In this document: one piece after another, positions 1-8,528 of the stretch
Numbering within the stretch: position 1 is the stretch's first letter
Layout of the letters: each line of letters starts with the position of its first letter
UHGV virus genome: UHGV-0189264
Source: a virus
Strand: one strand, 5' to 3'
Length of the DNA: 18,141 bases
Program-made: the position numbers and the translations under genes
The notes under the pieces: model-generated
What the model was told of the DNA's origin: nothing
What the model saw: the letters and a program-made list of their open reading frames with translations, nothing else
Databases searched by the model: none

Positions 1-412
1 CTTTGTGAATCGGGTAGGGCCAAAAAATGCATTACTTATCGGTGTTGTGATTATGGCGTTGCGTATCCTTTCCTGCGCACTGTTCGTTAACCCCTGGATT
101 ATTTCATTAGTGAAGCTGTTACATGCCATTGAGGTTCCACTTTGTGTCATATCCGTCTTCAAATACAGCGTGGCAAACTTTGATAAGCGCCTGTCGTCGA
201 CGATCTTTCTGATTGGTTTTCAAATTGCCAGTTCGCTTGGGATTGTGCTGCTTTCAACGCCGACTGGGATACTCTTTGACCACGCAGGCTACCAGACAGT
301 TTTCTTCGCAATTTCGGGTATTGTCTGCCTGATGTTGCTATTTGGCATTTTCTTCCTGAGTAAAAAACGCGAGCAAATAGTTATGGAAACGCCTGTACCT
401 TCAGCAATATAG
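1..412 (+). CDS. 3' portion of a polytopic membrane transporter gene (MFS-like), probably host flank; likely continues upstream of the window
   Basis: ORF 5..412 translates to consecutive hydrophobic helices (LLIGVVIMALRIL, IFLIGFQIASSLGIVLL, VFFAISGIVCLMLLFGIFFL) with short loops and a charged tail (SKKREQ), typical of the last transmembrane helices of a secondary transporter. The Met at position 5 is probably internal. Family named from composition only. Confidence 0.5.
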   Translation, partial: FVNRVGPKNALLIGVVIMALRILSCALFVNPWIISLVKLLHAIEVPLCVISVFKYSVANFDKRLSSTIFLIGFQIASSLGIVLLSTPTGILFDHAGYQTVFFAISGIVCLMLLFGIFFLSKKREQIVMETPVPSAI

Positions 413-491
413 ACGTAAACTTTTTCCGGTCGTTGTCGATATCTCCATATCCTTCAACCGGAAAATAATAATACTAAAATGCTTAGCCCTG

Positions 492-728
492 CTAATAATC
501 GCCTAATCCAAACACCTCATTCATGTTCTGGTACAGTCGCTCAAATGTACTCCGGATACACGGTTCGCTGATTTCCAGGACATTGTCGTCATTCAGCGAC
601 CTGTCCCGTGTATCACGGGCCTGCGAATTCATCAAGGAATGCATTGCGGAGTGAAGTATCGAGTCACGCCATATTTCGCTATCAGGATTCTGTGTGATGG
701 TTACATCGCCCGGCCCAAGGCTGTTTAG
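492..728 (-). pseudogene. Possible C-terminal remnant of a tyrosine integrase (int mostly deleted)
   Basis: Minus-strand open frame without a usable start, ending in ...AMHSLMNSQARDTRDRSLNDDNVLEISEPCIRSTFERLYQNMNEVFGLGDY. The MNSQARDTRDR stretch resembles the lambda Int C-terminal tail (MASQYRDDRGR, from memory). It lies downstream of an xis-like gene where int is expected, but there is room for only about 75 codons. Confidence 0.3.
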
Positions 729-941
729 TCATCAGCGCTTTCTGACAGTGCTGAGATTTCAACCTGTTGCAGTAAAAATGAGTAGATATAGGGCAAGTGT
801 GCTGTCAAACCCATCTTTTACGGGGTGAAGGTAGATTTCGTTTGAAGGGTATCTGGTGTCCCCTGCAGACATCTACTTGACGCGGCAGGGGATTGATTGG
901 AATGATGTTTTTTAGATGTGAGAAATATTTTACCCGCTATT

Positions 942-1142
942 TTACCCATTAGCGCGGCTTAAGAGCTTATTTTTGAATTCACAATGGTCACGATATAACC
1001 ATCGTGCTCGCCCGTGGATAACTTTGGCTTTAGGCAGGTCTCCGGACTTAATCCGGTCATAGATGAAGGTCTTACCGAAGCCAGTATCAGCCATGATGAA
1101 TTTCAAATCAACCAGTGAATCAGGTTGTAGTTCGTGTTGCAT
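942..1142 (-). CDS. AlpA/Xis-family excisionase or small HTH regulator
   Basis: 66 aa with LVDLKFIMADTGFGKTFIYDRIKSGDLP, matching the AlpA/excisionase helix-turn-helix pattern (T-G-x-x-x-x-x-I-Y). RBS GGAGA lies upstream of the ATG at 1142. Position is next to the prophage end. Confidence 0.6.
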   Translation of the reverse strand: MQHELQPDSLVDLKFIMADTGFGKTFIYDRIKSGDLPKAKVIHGRARWLYRDHCEFKNKLLSRANG

Positions 1143-1182
1143 GAGTGCTATCTCCGAATAGGGAATCGAACCTGCAAATCAG

Positions 1183-1208
1183 GCAATAAAAAGCCGCATT
1201 GATGCGGC
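1183..1208 (-). terminator. Intrinsic terminator on the minus strand
   Basis: Perfect hairpin GCCGCA-TTGA-TGCGGC (1193..1208) followed on the minus strand by TTTTTATT. Confidence 0.55.
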
Positions 1209-1276
1209 GATGATAGGTCTGGATATCTTGAGAAATGAACAGGCCTCATCGAGTGTGAGGCTGTGTTATTTCATGG

Positions 1277-1621
1277 TTAGTCCTTGCGTAGCTCGCTGAT
1301 TCTTCTGTAAGTTTTTGGTGCTTTGTTTCCGTGTATCTTCATTTCAGACTTCAACAGAGCAACGAGGGAATCCCATTCGTTGAGGATTCCTTTGAATGCC
1401 GGAACGCGCTTTGCAACCTTGTCGAATGAATCTCTGATTTCTGGAATCTGCTCAACAAGTGCAACGCATCGTCTGAAATCGGCTGCGTCATGTGGAGCAC
1501 CGAAGCCATGACCATAGATATTCTTTTTCAGGCCACATGCGATTGAGGCAAGAGTTGCGCTACTGATGCCGACATCGCCAGTTGATTGCCATTTCAAAAC
1601 CTTCATAGCCAAATCTGACAT
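1277..1621 (-). CDS. Hypothetical phage protein (114 aa)
   Basis: ORF with RBS GGAGA 7 nt upstream of the ATG at 1621; bracketed by hairpin terminators on both sides. No family recognised. Confidence 0.6.
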   Translation of the reverse strand: MSDLAMKVLKWQSTGDVGISSATLASIACGLKKNIYGHGFGAPHDAADFRRCVALVEQIPEIRDSFDKVAKRVPAFKGILNEWDSLVALLKSEMKIHGNKAPKTYRRISELRKD

Positions 1622-1633
1622 TTCTTGTCTCCA

Positions 1634-1658
1634 TAAAACAAAACTCGCCGTAGCGAGT
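1634..1658 (-). terminator. Intrinsic terminator on the minus strand
   Basis: Hairpin ACTCGC-CGTA-GCGAGT (1643..1658) followed on the minus strand by TTTTGTTTT. Confidence 0.5.
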
Positions 1659-1721
1659 TCATATAAAAGAAATCCCCGAGAGTGCGAGGATTGTTATTCA
1701 CCTTTAACGGCAAGTTGCAGG

Positions 1722-2213
1722 TTAGCCACGGTTAACCTCCTGCTTCGGTGCTGCTGGCATTTCACGCCAGTGCGTAACTGAGTGCGGATCCGGATATTCG
1801 GTGCCATCATCCCAGCGATTGCCATTCCACATTGCAGACCACATCTCACCGTCTTCATACATGACCATTACCGGAATTAACTTATCCGGCATCCGCTCAC
1901 TACAGCTTATCCAACCATCCGGAGTTACCGGCACTGGCTTGGCGGTATAAAGCGGTGTTATATCTGCCCGAAAATTACATGCTTTATGCAGCCGCACCCA
2001 CCGTTCGACTTCTGCTTTGTCAGAATACATACCAGTGAACGTGTTATATTCACGGTCAATTTGCGTGAATGTTACCTTCCACGCCACCGGCTCTGCTTCC
2101 AGCGATGCCAGTGCGATTTCATAAGCCCGACGCTCAATATTGTCTCGGACGTCCAGGCTGCCTATACGCTCTTTGATTTCTTTAATCAGTTCTTTGTCGG
2201 TAAAAGTAGTCAT
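1722..2213 (-). CDS. DUF551-family phage protein
   Basis: 163 aa; C-terminal region DGWISCSERMP...THWREMP resembles the DUF551 signature common in lambdoid ea regions. RBS AGGATAAGGA lies upstream. Confidence 0.65.
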   Translation of the reverse strand: MTTFTDKELIKEIKERIGSLDVRDNIERRAYEIALASLEAEPVAWKVTFTQIDREYNTFTGMYSDKAEVERWVRLHKACNFRADITPLYTAKPVPVTPDGWISCSERMPDKLIPVMVMYEDGEMWSAMWNGNRWDDGTEYPDPHSVTHWREMPAAPKQEVNRG

Positions 2214-2223
2214 GTGTTAGTCC

Positions 2224-2487
2224 TTATCCTGCTGTGCTTTCAACTGATGAGGGGAATAAAATCTTTTCATCAAATCCGGCATTCATATCATGGACAGCAA
2301 CACACCAATCCATCGACGAACGATTATCAAGAGCCTCCATGATTTCATCCATGCGGCGCAGGTCATACAGGTAAATGCTTTTATCGCCAATGGTGTAAAA
2401 ACCAATTTTTTTCGGTGATGGGCAGCGATCAAGAACGTCCTGTAATTCGTTCAACCATGCCCGTTCTTTTTTTGTTAAAGTTGCCAT
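2224..2487 (-). CDS. Hypothetical phage protein (87 aa, start at internal Met of the 101-aa ORF)
   Basis: Strong RBS AAGGAGAG 5 nt upstream of the ATG at 2487, which sits directly after the stop of the upstream gene. The longer ORF start at 2529 has no RBS. Confidence 0.55.
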   Translation of the reverse strand: MATLTKKERAWLNELQDVLDRCPSPKKIGFYTIGDKSIYLYDLRRMDEIMEALDNRSSMDWCVAVHDMNAGFDEKILFPSSVESTAG

Positions 2488-2488
2488 A

Positions 2489-2896
2489 TCACTCTCCTTT
2501 GATGCGAATGCCAGCGGCGCGGATTGCATCGATGACTTCAGAAACTTTGTATGCCATTACCGTTTGGTAATCATCGTGAAAATCTGTTCGATGAAGCATG
2601 CTGCTACGTTCTGGGAGCGATATTTCCCGTGCTTCCAGTTCTGCTATGCGCTTTTTTGCTGCTTCCAGCTCATCCAGTAATTCCAGCACGGTAGCCGGAT
2701 TAGCCTTGGCAACAAAATCACGGACTTGCTTACAATCAATCTCCGCAATGGGTTGATACGATGTGTAGCCATGCTGTCTTGTATAACTACCGTGACGAAT
2801 AACGAAAAAATCACCATTTATTTTTTTAGCCTGCCACTTATCTTCACCGGCTTTCTCTGCCGCTTCACGCAGTGCCTGATAGTCAATCTTGTTCAT
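2489..2896 (-). CDS. Ead/Ea22-like protein
   Basis: 135 aa with a coiled-coil segment PATVLELLDELEAAKKRIAELEAREI typical of Ea22-like proteins of lambdoid phages; tightly packed in the operon. Confidence 0.55.
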   Translation of the reverse strand: MNKIDYQALREAAEKAGEDKWQAKKINGDFFVIRHGSYTRQHGYTSYQPIAEIDCKQVRDFVAKANPATVLELLDELEAAKKRIAELEAREISLPERSSMLHRTDFHDDYQTVMAYKVSEVIDAIRAAGIRIKGE

Positions 2897-2897
2897 G

Positions 2898-3197
2898 TCA
2901 CATCACCCTGAATCCGTTGCATTTACGTAAGAAATCGCAGATATAGCCCTTCATTTTTTCATGCCAATCTCGATCATTCCCATTGCACCAACCATCAGGT
3001 GGAGTCCAGTTTTCTATCAGATCAGCCATTTTCTTTGCTTTCGCCGGAGTAGCTGTTGCGGTATCGCAGTAATGACGAGTGTCAACCAACGAATCCATAC
3101 CATCGATATCAAGTACGCAAAACCATGTGTGATTCGGCATTCCAACAGATGGTATTTGTTGCCCACGTCGACGTTTATCAATAAGACATACACTCAC
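2898..3197 (-). CDS. Hypothetical phage protein (99 aa, Cys/Trp-rich)
   Basis: ORF with ATGA stop-start overlap with the upstream gene; no family recognised. Confidence 0.5.
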   Translation of the reverse strand: MSVCLIDKRRRGQQIPSVGMPNHTWFCVLDIDGMDSLVDTRHYCDTATATPAKAKKMADLIENWTPPDGWCNGNDRDWHEKMKGYICDFLRKCNGFRVM

Positions 3198-3379
3198 TGC
3201 TTGCCTCCTTTACGCCACATCGCATTCAGATATTTGTTTTGATTTACTGACGGAAAAGAATTTCTCTTAAGCAATTCCTCTCTCGATGGCATTGGCTTTA
3301 CGCGTTGGCGAATAATCATTTCTGCCGGAAGAATGCCGGGATTGTATGCAAGTCCTCTCATGGTAAATTCCTCAGTCAT
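3194..3379 (-). CDS. Hypothetical small phage protein (61 aa, [15 protein letters not shown]...)
   Basis: Internal Met of ORF 3194..3514; its ATG at 3379..3377 overlaps the stop of the upstream gene by 8 nt (ATGACTGA). Confidence 0.45.
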   Translation of the reverse strand: MTEEFTMRGLAYNPGILPAEMIIRQRVKPMPSREELLKRNSFPSVNQNKYLNAMWRKGGKQ

Positions 3380-3668
3380 TACTGATAGCGCCATAGCGTG
3401 AGCGGTAATTACGCAGGCGCGGGTCGATATATTCAGGGAAGTGGGTATATGTGGCTTTGCGGAATGGTCGGATTGATGTCTGGTAAATTCGCTCGCGTTC
3501 TTCTTTCTCTGCAAGCCATATACAGTGGCGAAATTCCTTTTCCTCTTTCGTTTCCTGCGGTAGAGACATTATTCGATCGTAGTTTTTTCTGAATTTATCC
3601 AGCACCTCCGATACGGAATTGCCGGAACAGCGGCGCGCGTCATCCGCACCATACAGAGGCGCTGGCAT
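3372..3668 (-). CDS. Hypothetical phage protein (98 aa)
   Basis: ORF with RBS AAGGA upstream of the ATG at 3668; no family recognised. Confidence 0.5.
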   Translation of the reverse strand: MPAPLYGADDARRCSGNSVSEVLDKFRKNYDRIMSLPQETKEEKEFRHCIWLAEKEERERIYQTSIRPFRKATYTHFPEYIDPRLRNYRSRYGAISND

Positions 3669-3691
3669 AATTAAATCCTTATTTTTCTAAA

Positions 3692-4075
3692 TCAGAATGG
3701 GATGGAATCGTCGTATACAGGAGTGTTCTGCTGGTTACTACTTTGCTGCTGCGGGCCATTTCCTGAAGCTGCAAATCCAATCTTTGCATTCAGTAATTCA
3801 AGAGTGATTGATTGACCATTTTGCCCCTGATAAACATCAACCCTGATGTTTTCTCCGGTAATTTCCACAATGCCACCTTCAACAAGAACACTACGGTAGT
3901 AATCCGCTTGCGCTCCCGGCTTGGCAAATACAACGGCGCTGTAGTTTGTCCATTCTTTCTTTTTTGTCTGGCGATCGTAATACTGAACGCCAGCACGGAT
4001 GTTGAATCCGATATTTTCCCCGGCCTGAAACTCTCTTGCGGGCTTGTTTAGTCTTACAGTAATCGAATGTGCCAT
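3692..4075 (-). CDS. Phage single-stranded DNA-binding protein (SSB-like, OB fold)
   Basis: 127 aa ending in a Gly/Gln-rich linker and the acidic tail PVYDDSIPF, like the SSB C-terminal DDDIPF tip; immediately downstream of erf with a TAATG overlap. Confidence 0.7.
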   Translation of the reverse strand: MAHSITVRLNKPAREFQAGENIGFNIRAGVQYYDRQTKKKEWTNYSAVVFAKPGAQADYYRSVLVEGGIVEITGENIRVDVYQGQNGQSITLELLNAKIGFAASGNGPQQQSSNQQNTPVYDDSIPF

Positions 4076-4710
4076 TAAGCAGCAGCTCCTTCTAATTCGT
4101 CTCGTCTGATGTTGTAAACGTCCTGCGCTTTGTGCTGCTCAGGTGTGCCTTCGAGCATCTTCCACGCTTTGGCGAACGCCTGTTTAAGCTCTTCTACGGT
4201 GTTTTTCTGCATTGCTGCGTCAGTGAATGCTTTTAGAACCTGTTCAGGTGTAGGTGATGGTTTTGATTGCTTTGCTACTGCGTTCTGCTGATGTTTATGC
4301 TCGTCTGTATCTGCATCTTTCGCATCATCAATGCCGAACAAACCATTGAGGCAATACTTGCGTGCATAAGAGCTTGTAGCTCCCGTAACTTGTGCAGAAT
4401 CCATTCCTTTCTTGCTTTCTTCCTCTCGTGCAAGAGCGGTTGACGTATGACTGTTTTCGCCATCGGTAATAGTTGCCGTGGCTTTCACGTAATACCGATC
4501 ACCAATCAACACAACTTCATCGCTGATTGATAAAAACAGACCATTCAGTAACGGCTTAACGCCTTCAAGAATATCTTCGCAGCTTCTGTATTTATATTTG
4601 CCGAATGAGTTGTACTGATTCTTTGGCGCGTTCAGATTCTCCTGAATAGCTGCCAGTCTTGCGTAAAATTCTTTGCTCATATGATTGTTCTCAGAATGGA
4701 CATGTCCCAA
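4075..4710 (-). CDS. erf: Erf-family single-strand annealing recombinase
   Basis: 211 aa with conserved Erf-like segments (FGKYKYRSCEDILE, GATSSYARKYCLNGLFGIDD). The true start may be the internal Met at 4680 (MSKEFYARL). Confidence 0.8.
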   Translation of the reverse strand: MGHVHSENNHMSKEFYARLAAIQENLNAPKNQYNSFGKYKYRSCEDILEGVKPLLNGLFLSISDEVVLIGDRYYVKATATITDGENSHTSTALAREEESKKGMDSAQVTGATSSYARKYCLNGLFGIDDAKDADTDEHKHQQNAVAKQSKPSPTPEQVLKAFTDAAMQKNTVEELKQAFAKAWKMLEGTPEQHKAQDVYNIRRDELEGAAA

Positions 4711-4862
4711 GGAAATAACGCTGATTTAATACTTCGACTCGGGACAAATTAAGACATACCCGCATTCCTTCGCGGTCGCCATTATGGCGATACCAGAGAG
4801 CTTTCTGCGTGTACATGCGTCTCTGTAACTTGCTCTCCTTCACTGTGGTTGCAAGTGACATG
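4693..4862 (-). CDS. Small ORF (56 aa, MSLATTVKESKLQRRMYTQKALWYRHNGDREGMRVCLNLSRVEVLNQRYFLGTCPF)
   Basis: Not in the ORF track (under 60 aa). Strong RBS AAGGAG 7 nt upstream of the ATG at 4862; lies between kil-like and erf. Confidence 0.3.
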
Positions 4863-4940
4863 AATATCTCCTTCGTTACCGATTAAATCTTTCATCTGAC
4901 GAATGAATTCTTCGTCTGACCAGTTATCTGTAAAACTCAT
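4782..4940 (-). CDS. Small acidic ORF (52 aa, MSFTDNWSDEEFIRQMKDLIGNEGDIH...), possible arf-like accessory gene
   Basis: ATG at 4940 overlaps the kil-like stop (ATGA). Overlaps the 4693..4862 ORF in another frame, so at most one of the two is likely to be fully functional. Confidence 0.3.
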   Translation of the reverse strand: MSFTDNWSDEEFIRQMKDLIGNEGDIHVTCNHSEGEQVTETHVHAESSLVSP

Positions 4941-5089
4941 TTCCTGCGATACCACGGAAGGTTGATAGCTGATTTCATCGCTTTATTTGCTTCAAGCCAC
5001 ATTTTTGAATCACCAATAAATCTGGCTATTACTGCTTTGTTCTGTGCAGCACGAAGCATCTGGTGATTGATGGCTATTTCATTGCGCAT
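4937..5089 (-). CDS. kil: Kil-like small protein (host division inhibitor family)
   Basis: 50 aa (MRNEIAINHQMLRAAQNKAVIARFIGDSKMWLEANKAMKSAINLPWYRRK). GGAGG RBS directly upstream. The segment ARFIGDSKMWLEA resembles lambda Kil as I recall it, and the gene follows a cIII-like gene as in lambda. Confidence 0.45.
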   Translation of the reverse strand: MRNEIAINHQMLRAAQNKAVIARFIGDSKMWLEANKAMKSAINLPWYRRK

Positions 5090-5208
5090 AACGCCTCCAG
5101 TTGTTTCTTTGCTGCTCTGATTAATTGTTTAACTCGGCGTGATAATTCAGATTCGTGCGGGTAGAAAGCGGACATGACGCCGCTACCCGCGAGCTGAAAG
5201 TGCATCAT
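5074..5208 (-). CDS. cIII-like small protein (possible FtsH inhibitor)
   Basis: Start moved to the internal Met at 5208 with RBS AAGGAG 6 nt upstream. The 44-aa product MMHFQLAGSGVMSAFYPHESELSRRVKQLIRAAKKQL... loosely resembles lambda cIII (AIAGW...SESLLERITRKLRDGWKRL), and the gene order matches. Confidence 0.4.
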   Translation of the reverse strand: MMHFQLAGSGVMSAFYPHESELSRRVKQLIRAAKKQLEALCAMK

Positions 5209-5283
5209 GGGTAACTCCTTATATTTGATTGCATAACGAAAATGCCTCTCGTGAAGCATTATTGGTATGCGGTAAAGCCGCGC

Positions 5284-5652
5284 TCAGGCGGCTTTGATAG
5301 TCATATCATCTGAATCAAATATTCCTGATGTATCGATATCGGTAATTCTTATTCCTTCGCTACCATCCATTGGAGGCCATCCTTCCTGACCATTTCCATC
5401 ATTCCAGTCGAACTCACACACAACACCATATGCATTTAAGTCTTTCGAAATTGCTATAAGCAGAACATGTTGCGCCAGCATGATTAATACAGCATTTAAT
5501 AAAGAGCCGTGTTTATTTAGTCGGTATTCAGAGTCTGACCAGAAATTATTAATCTGGTGAAGTTTTTCCTCTGTCATTACGTCATGGTCGATTTCAATTT
5601 CTATTGATGCTTTCCAGTCGTAATCAATGATGTATTTTTTGATGTTTGACAT
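5284..5652 (-). CDS. ea10: Ea10-like protein (122 aa)
   Basis: ORF with RBS GAGGAT; sequence MSNIKKYIIDYDWKASIEIEIDHDV... recalled as lambda Ea10; position downstream of ral in the PL operon fits. Confidence 0.55.
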   Translation of the reverse strand: MSNIKKYIIDYDWKASIEIEIDHDVMTEEKLHQINNFWSDSEYRLNKHGSLLNAVLIMLAQHVLLIAISKDLNAYGVVCEFDWNDGNGQEGWPPMDGSEGIRITDIDTSGIFDSDDMTIKAA

Positions 5653-5670
5653 CTGTTCATATCCTCACAG

Positions 5671-5698
5671 ATAAAAAATCGCCCTCACATTGGAGGGC
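5671..5698 (-). terminator. Intrinsic terminator on the minus strand (tL-type, between ral and ea10)
   Basis: Hairpin GCCCTC-ACATTG-GAGGGC (5681..5698) followed on the minus strand by GATTTTTTAT. Confidence 0.55.
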
Positions 5699-5834
5699 AA
5701 AGAAGATTTCCAATAATCAGAACAAGTCGGCTCCTGTTTAGTTACGAGCGACATTGCTCCGTGTATTCACTCATTGGAATGAATACACAGTGCAGTGTTT
5801 ATTCTGTTGTTTATGCCAAAAATAAAGGCTACCA

Positions 5835-6035
5835 TCAGGCAGCCTTGTTATTCTGTTTACCAAGTTCTCTGGCAATCATTGCCGTCGTTCGTATTGCCCA
5901 TTTATCGACATATTTCCCATCTTCCATTACAGGAAACATTTCTTCAGGCTTAACCATGCATTCCGATTGCAGCTTGCATCCATTGCATCGTTTGAATTGT
6001 CCACACCATTGATTCTTATCAATAGTCGTAGTCAT
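5835..6035 (-). CDS. ral: Ral restriction-alleviation protein
   Basis: 66 aa MTTTIDKNQWCGQFKRCNGCKLQSECMVKPEEMFPVMEDGKYVDKWAIRTTAMIARELGKQNNKAA, recognised as lambda Ral; RBS AGGA upstream. Confidence 0.8.
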   Translation of the reverse strand: MTTTIDKNQWCGQFKRCNGCKLQSECMVKPEEMFPVMEDGKYVDKWAIRTTAMIARELGKQNNKAA

Positions 6036-6105
6036 ACGGATAGTCCTGGTATTGTTCCATCACATCCTGCGGATGCTCTTCGAACTCTTCAAATTCTTCT
6101 TCCAT
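6019..6105 (-). CDS. Highly acidic micro-ORF (28 aa, MEEEFEEFEEHPQDVMEQYQDYPYDYDY)
   Basis: Not in the ORF track. RBS GAGGTGA about 6 nt upstream of the ATG at 6105; sits between N and ral and overlaps the ral start by 17 nt. Confidence 0.3.
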   Translation of the reverse strand: MEEEFEEFEEHPQDVMEQYQDYPYDYDY

Positions 6106-6113
6106 ATATCACC

Positions 6114-6440
6114 TCAAATAAGTGGTTTGCTGCCTAATTTCATTTTCTGGCGACCAACACAAGTCACCCCCATTTCACTGCGTGGCTTGCTGTACCATGT
6201 GCGCTGATTCTTGCGCTCAATACGTTGCAGGTTGCTTTCAATCTGTTCGTGGTATTCAGCCAGCACCGTAAGGTCTATCGGATTCAGTGCGCTTTCTACT
6301 CGTGATTTCGGTTTGCGATTCAGCGAGAGAATAGGGCGGTTAACTGGTTTTGCGCTTACCCCAACCAACAGGGGATTTGCTGCTTTCCATTGAGCCTGTT
6401 TCTCTGCGCGACGTTCGCGGCGGCGTGTTTGTGCATCCAT
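6114..6440 (-). CDS. N: Antiterminator N (lambda type)
   Basis: Internal Met of ORF 6114..6530 gives MDAQTRRRERRAEKQAQWKAANPLLVGVSAKPVNRPILSLNRKPKSRVESALNPIDLTVLAEYH..., the lambda N arginine-rich motif and body. RBS AGGAGAA upstream; nutL immediately upstream. Confidence 0.9.
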   Translation of the reverse strand: MDAQTRRRERRAEKQAQWKAANPLLVGVSAKPVNRPILSLNRKPKSRVESALNPIDLTVLAEYHEQIESNLQRIERKNQRTWYSKPRSEMGVTCVGRQKMKLGSKPLI

Positions 6441-6550
6441 CTGGATTCTCCTGTCAGTTAGCTTTGAGTAACGCGCCGTGATGCTTATCTCCACGGTTGC
6501 TGTCTTGCAGCTGCATTTCGCGCTACTCAAAGCTTTCTGCTTTGAATGCT

Positions 6551-6581
6551 GCCCTTCTTCAGGGCTTAATTTTTAAGAGCG
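6551..6581 (-). promoter_or_regulatory. nutL (boxA plus boxB) for N antitermination
   Basis: Minus-strand reading is CGCTCTTAAAAATTAAGCCCTGAAGAAGGGC: boxA CGCTCTTA followed by the boxB stem-loop GCCCTGAAGAAGGGC. Confidence 0.85.
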
Positions 6582-6625
6582 TCACCTTCATGGTGGTTAG
6601 TGCGTCCTGCTGATGGCTTAAAATT

Positions 6626-6693
6626 ACAAGAAAGATTGTATGTTGTAAACAAGAAATATTGTAAATGGAGGTGCAAAAAACAAACTCCATTGT
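6626..6693 (-). promoter_or_regulatory. OL operator cluster (434 type) with the PL promoter region
   Basis: Three 14-bp ACAA-N6-TTGT sites: ACAAGAAAGATTGT (6626..6639), ACAAGAAATATTGT (6649..6662), ACAAACTCCATTGT (6680..6693), upstream of nutL and N on the minus strand. Exact -35/-10 of PL not assigned. Confidence 0.8.
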
Positions 6694-6743
6694 TTTTAAA
6701 CGGAAAATAGTTTGTTTTTGGGTTACTGAGATTGAGGTGGGGA

Positions 6744-8096
<1,353 letters not shown>

Positions 8097-8104
8097 GACA
8101 TTCC

Positions 8105-8136
8105 CGCTCTTACACATCCCAGCCCTGAAAAAGGGC
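8105..8136 (+). promoter_or_regulatory. nutR (boxA plus boxB)
   Basis: boxA CGCTCTTA (8105..8112) followed by boxB hairpin GCCCTGAAAAAGGGC (8122..8136), just downstream of cro. Confidence 0.85.
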
Positions 8137-8212
8137 ATTACCAGAAACAAATCTCTATGGTTTTGCGTTTCTTTGCGAAGCCAACTCTATCTAATCATTA
8201 AGGAAATTATCT

Positions 8213-8494
8213 ATGGGTACTATTGCAACTAAAAGCAAGAAAGCGGCTCGCATCGAGTCAGCCTTGCTGAACAAACTGGCACTGATGGGGCAGAAGACAT
8301 TCGCTCGAGCAATGGGGGTTCCTGAATATCAGGTAAGCCGATGGAAGAATGGTTTCTTCTCGCAGGTAAGCATGATGCTGGCTGTTCTGGAATACGGAAT
8401 CGAAGACGATGAAATGGCTGAGCTGACTAAGCGGCTTGCCAATTACCTGACAAAAGAAAAAGCCCCGAAGAACGGCGAATTCTTCGAGGCCTGA
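8213..8494 (+). CDS. cII: CII-like transcriptional activator
   Basis: 93 aa with ARIESALLNKLALMGQKTFARAMGVPEYQVSRWKNGFFSQVSMMLAVLEYGIEDDEM, clearly related to lambda CII (RIESALLNKIAMLG...SQISRWKRDW...MLLAVLEWG). Confidence 0.85.
   Translation: MGTIATKSKKAARIESALLNKLALMGQKTFARAMGVPEYQVSRWKNGFFSQVSMMLAVLEYGIEDDEMAELTKRLANYLTKEKAPKNGEFFEA
8452..8486 (-). terminator. Minus-strand intrinsic terminator inside the 3' end of cII (oop-like antisense RNA terminator)
   Basis: Hairpin CGAAGAA-CGGCGAA-TTCTTCG (8466..8486) followed on the minus strand by GGGCTTTTTCTTTT; same relative position as lambda tO/oop. Confidence 0.45.
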
Positions 8495-8528
8495 TGTAGA
8501 AAGACTGGATCAATCCACAGGAGTAATT

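Noticed and set aside
1155-1180. tRNA-like T-arm sequence (minus-strand GGTTCGATTCCC) just upstream of the xis-like start
   Set aside because: The flanking bases do not form a T-stem (GCAGG versus CCCTA), and no acceptor stem, D-arm or anticodon arm could be built. Treated as coincidence or a degraded att-associated fragment.
3790-4463. Minus-strand alternative-frame ORFs inside the SSB-like and erf genes (3790..3996, 4275..4463)
   Set aside because: Internal out-of-frame ORFs within recognisable genes, with no RBS.
1323-6393. Plus-strand ORFs antisense to the leftward operon (1323..1511, 1566..1781, 1986..2342, 2726..2911, 2961..3242, 3398..3592, 3812..4051, 5761..6012, 6211..6393)
   Set aside because: Each is embedded antisense in a better-supported minus-strand gene, lacks a ribosome-binding site, and has odd composition. 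The leftward genes are tightly packed with coupled stops and starts, leaving no room.
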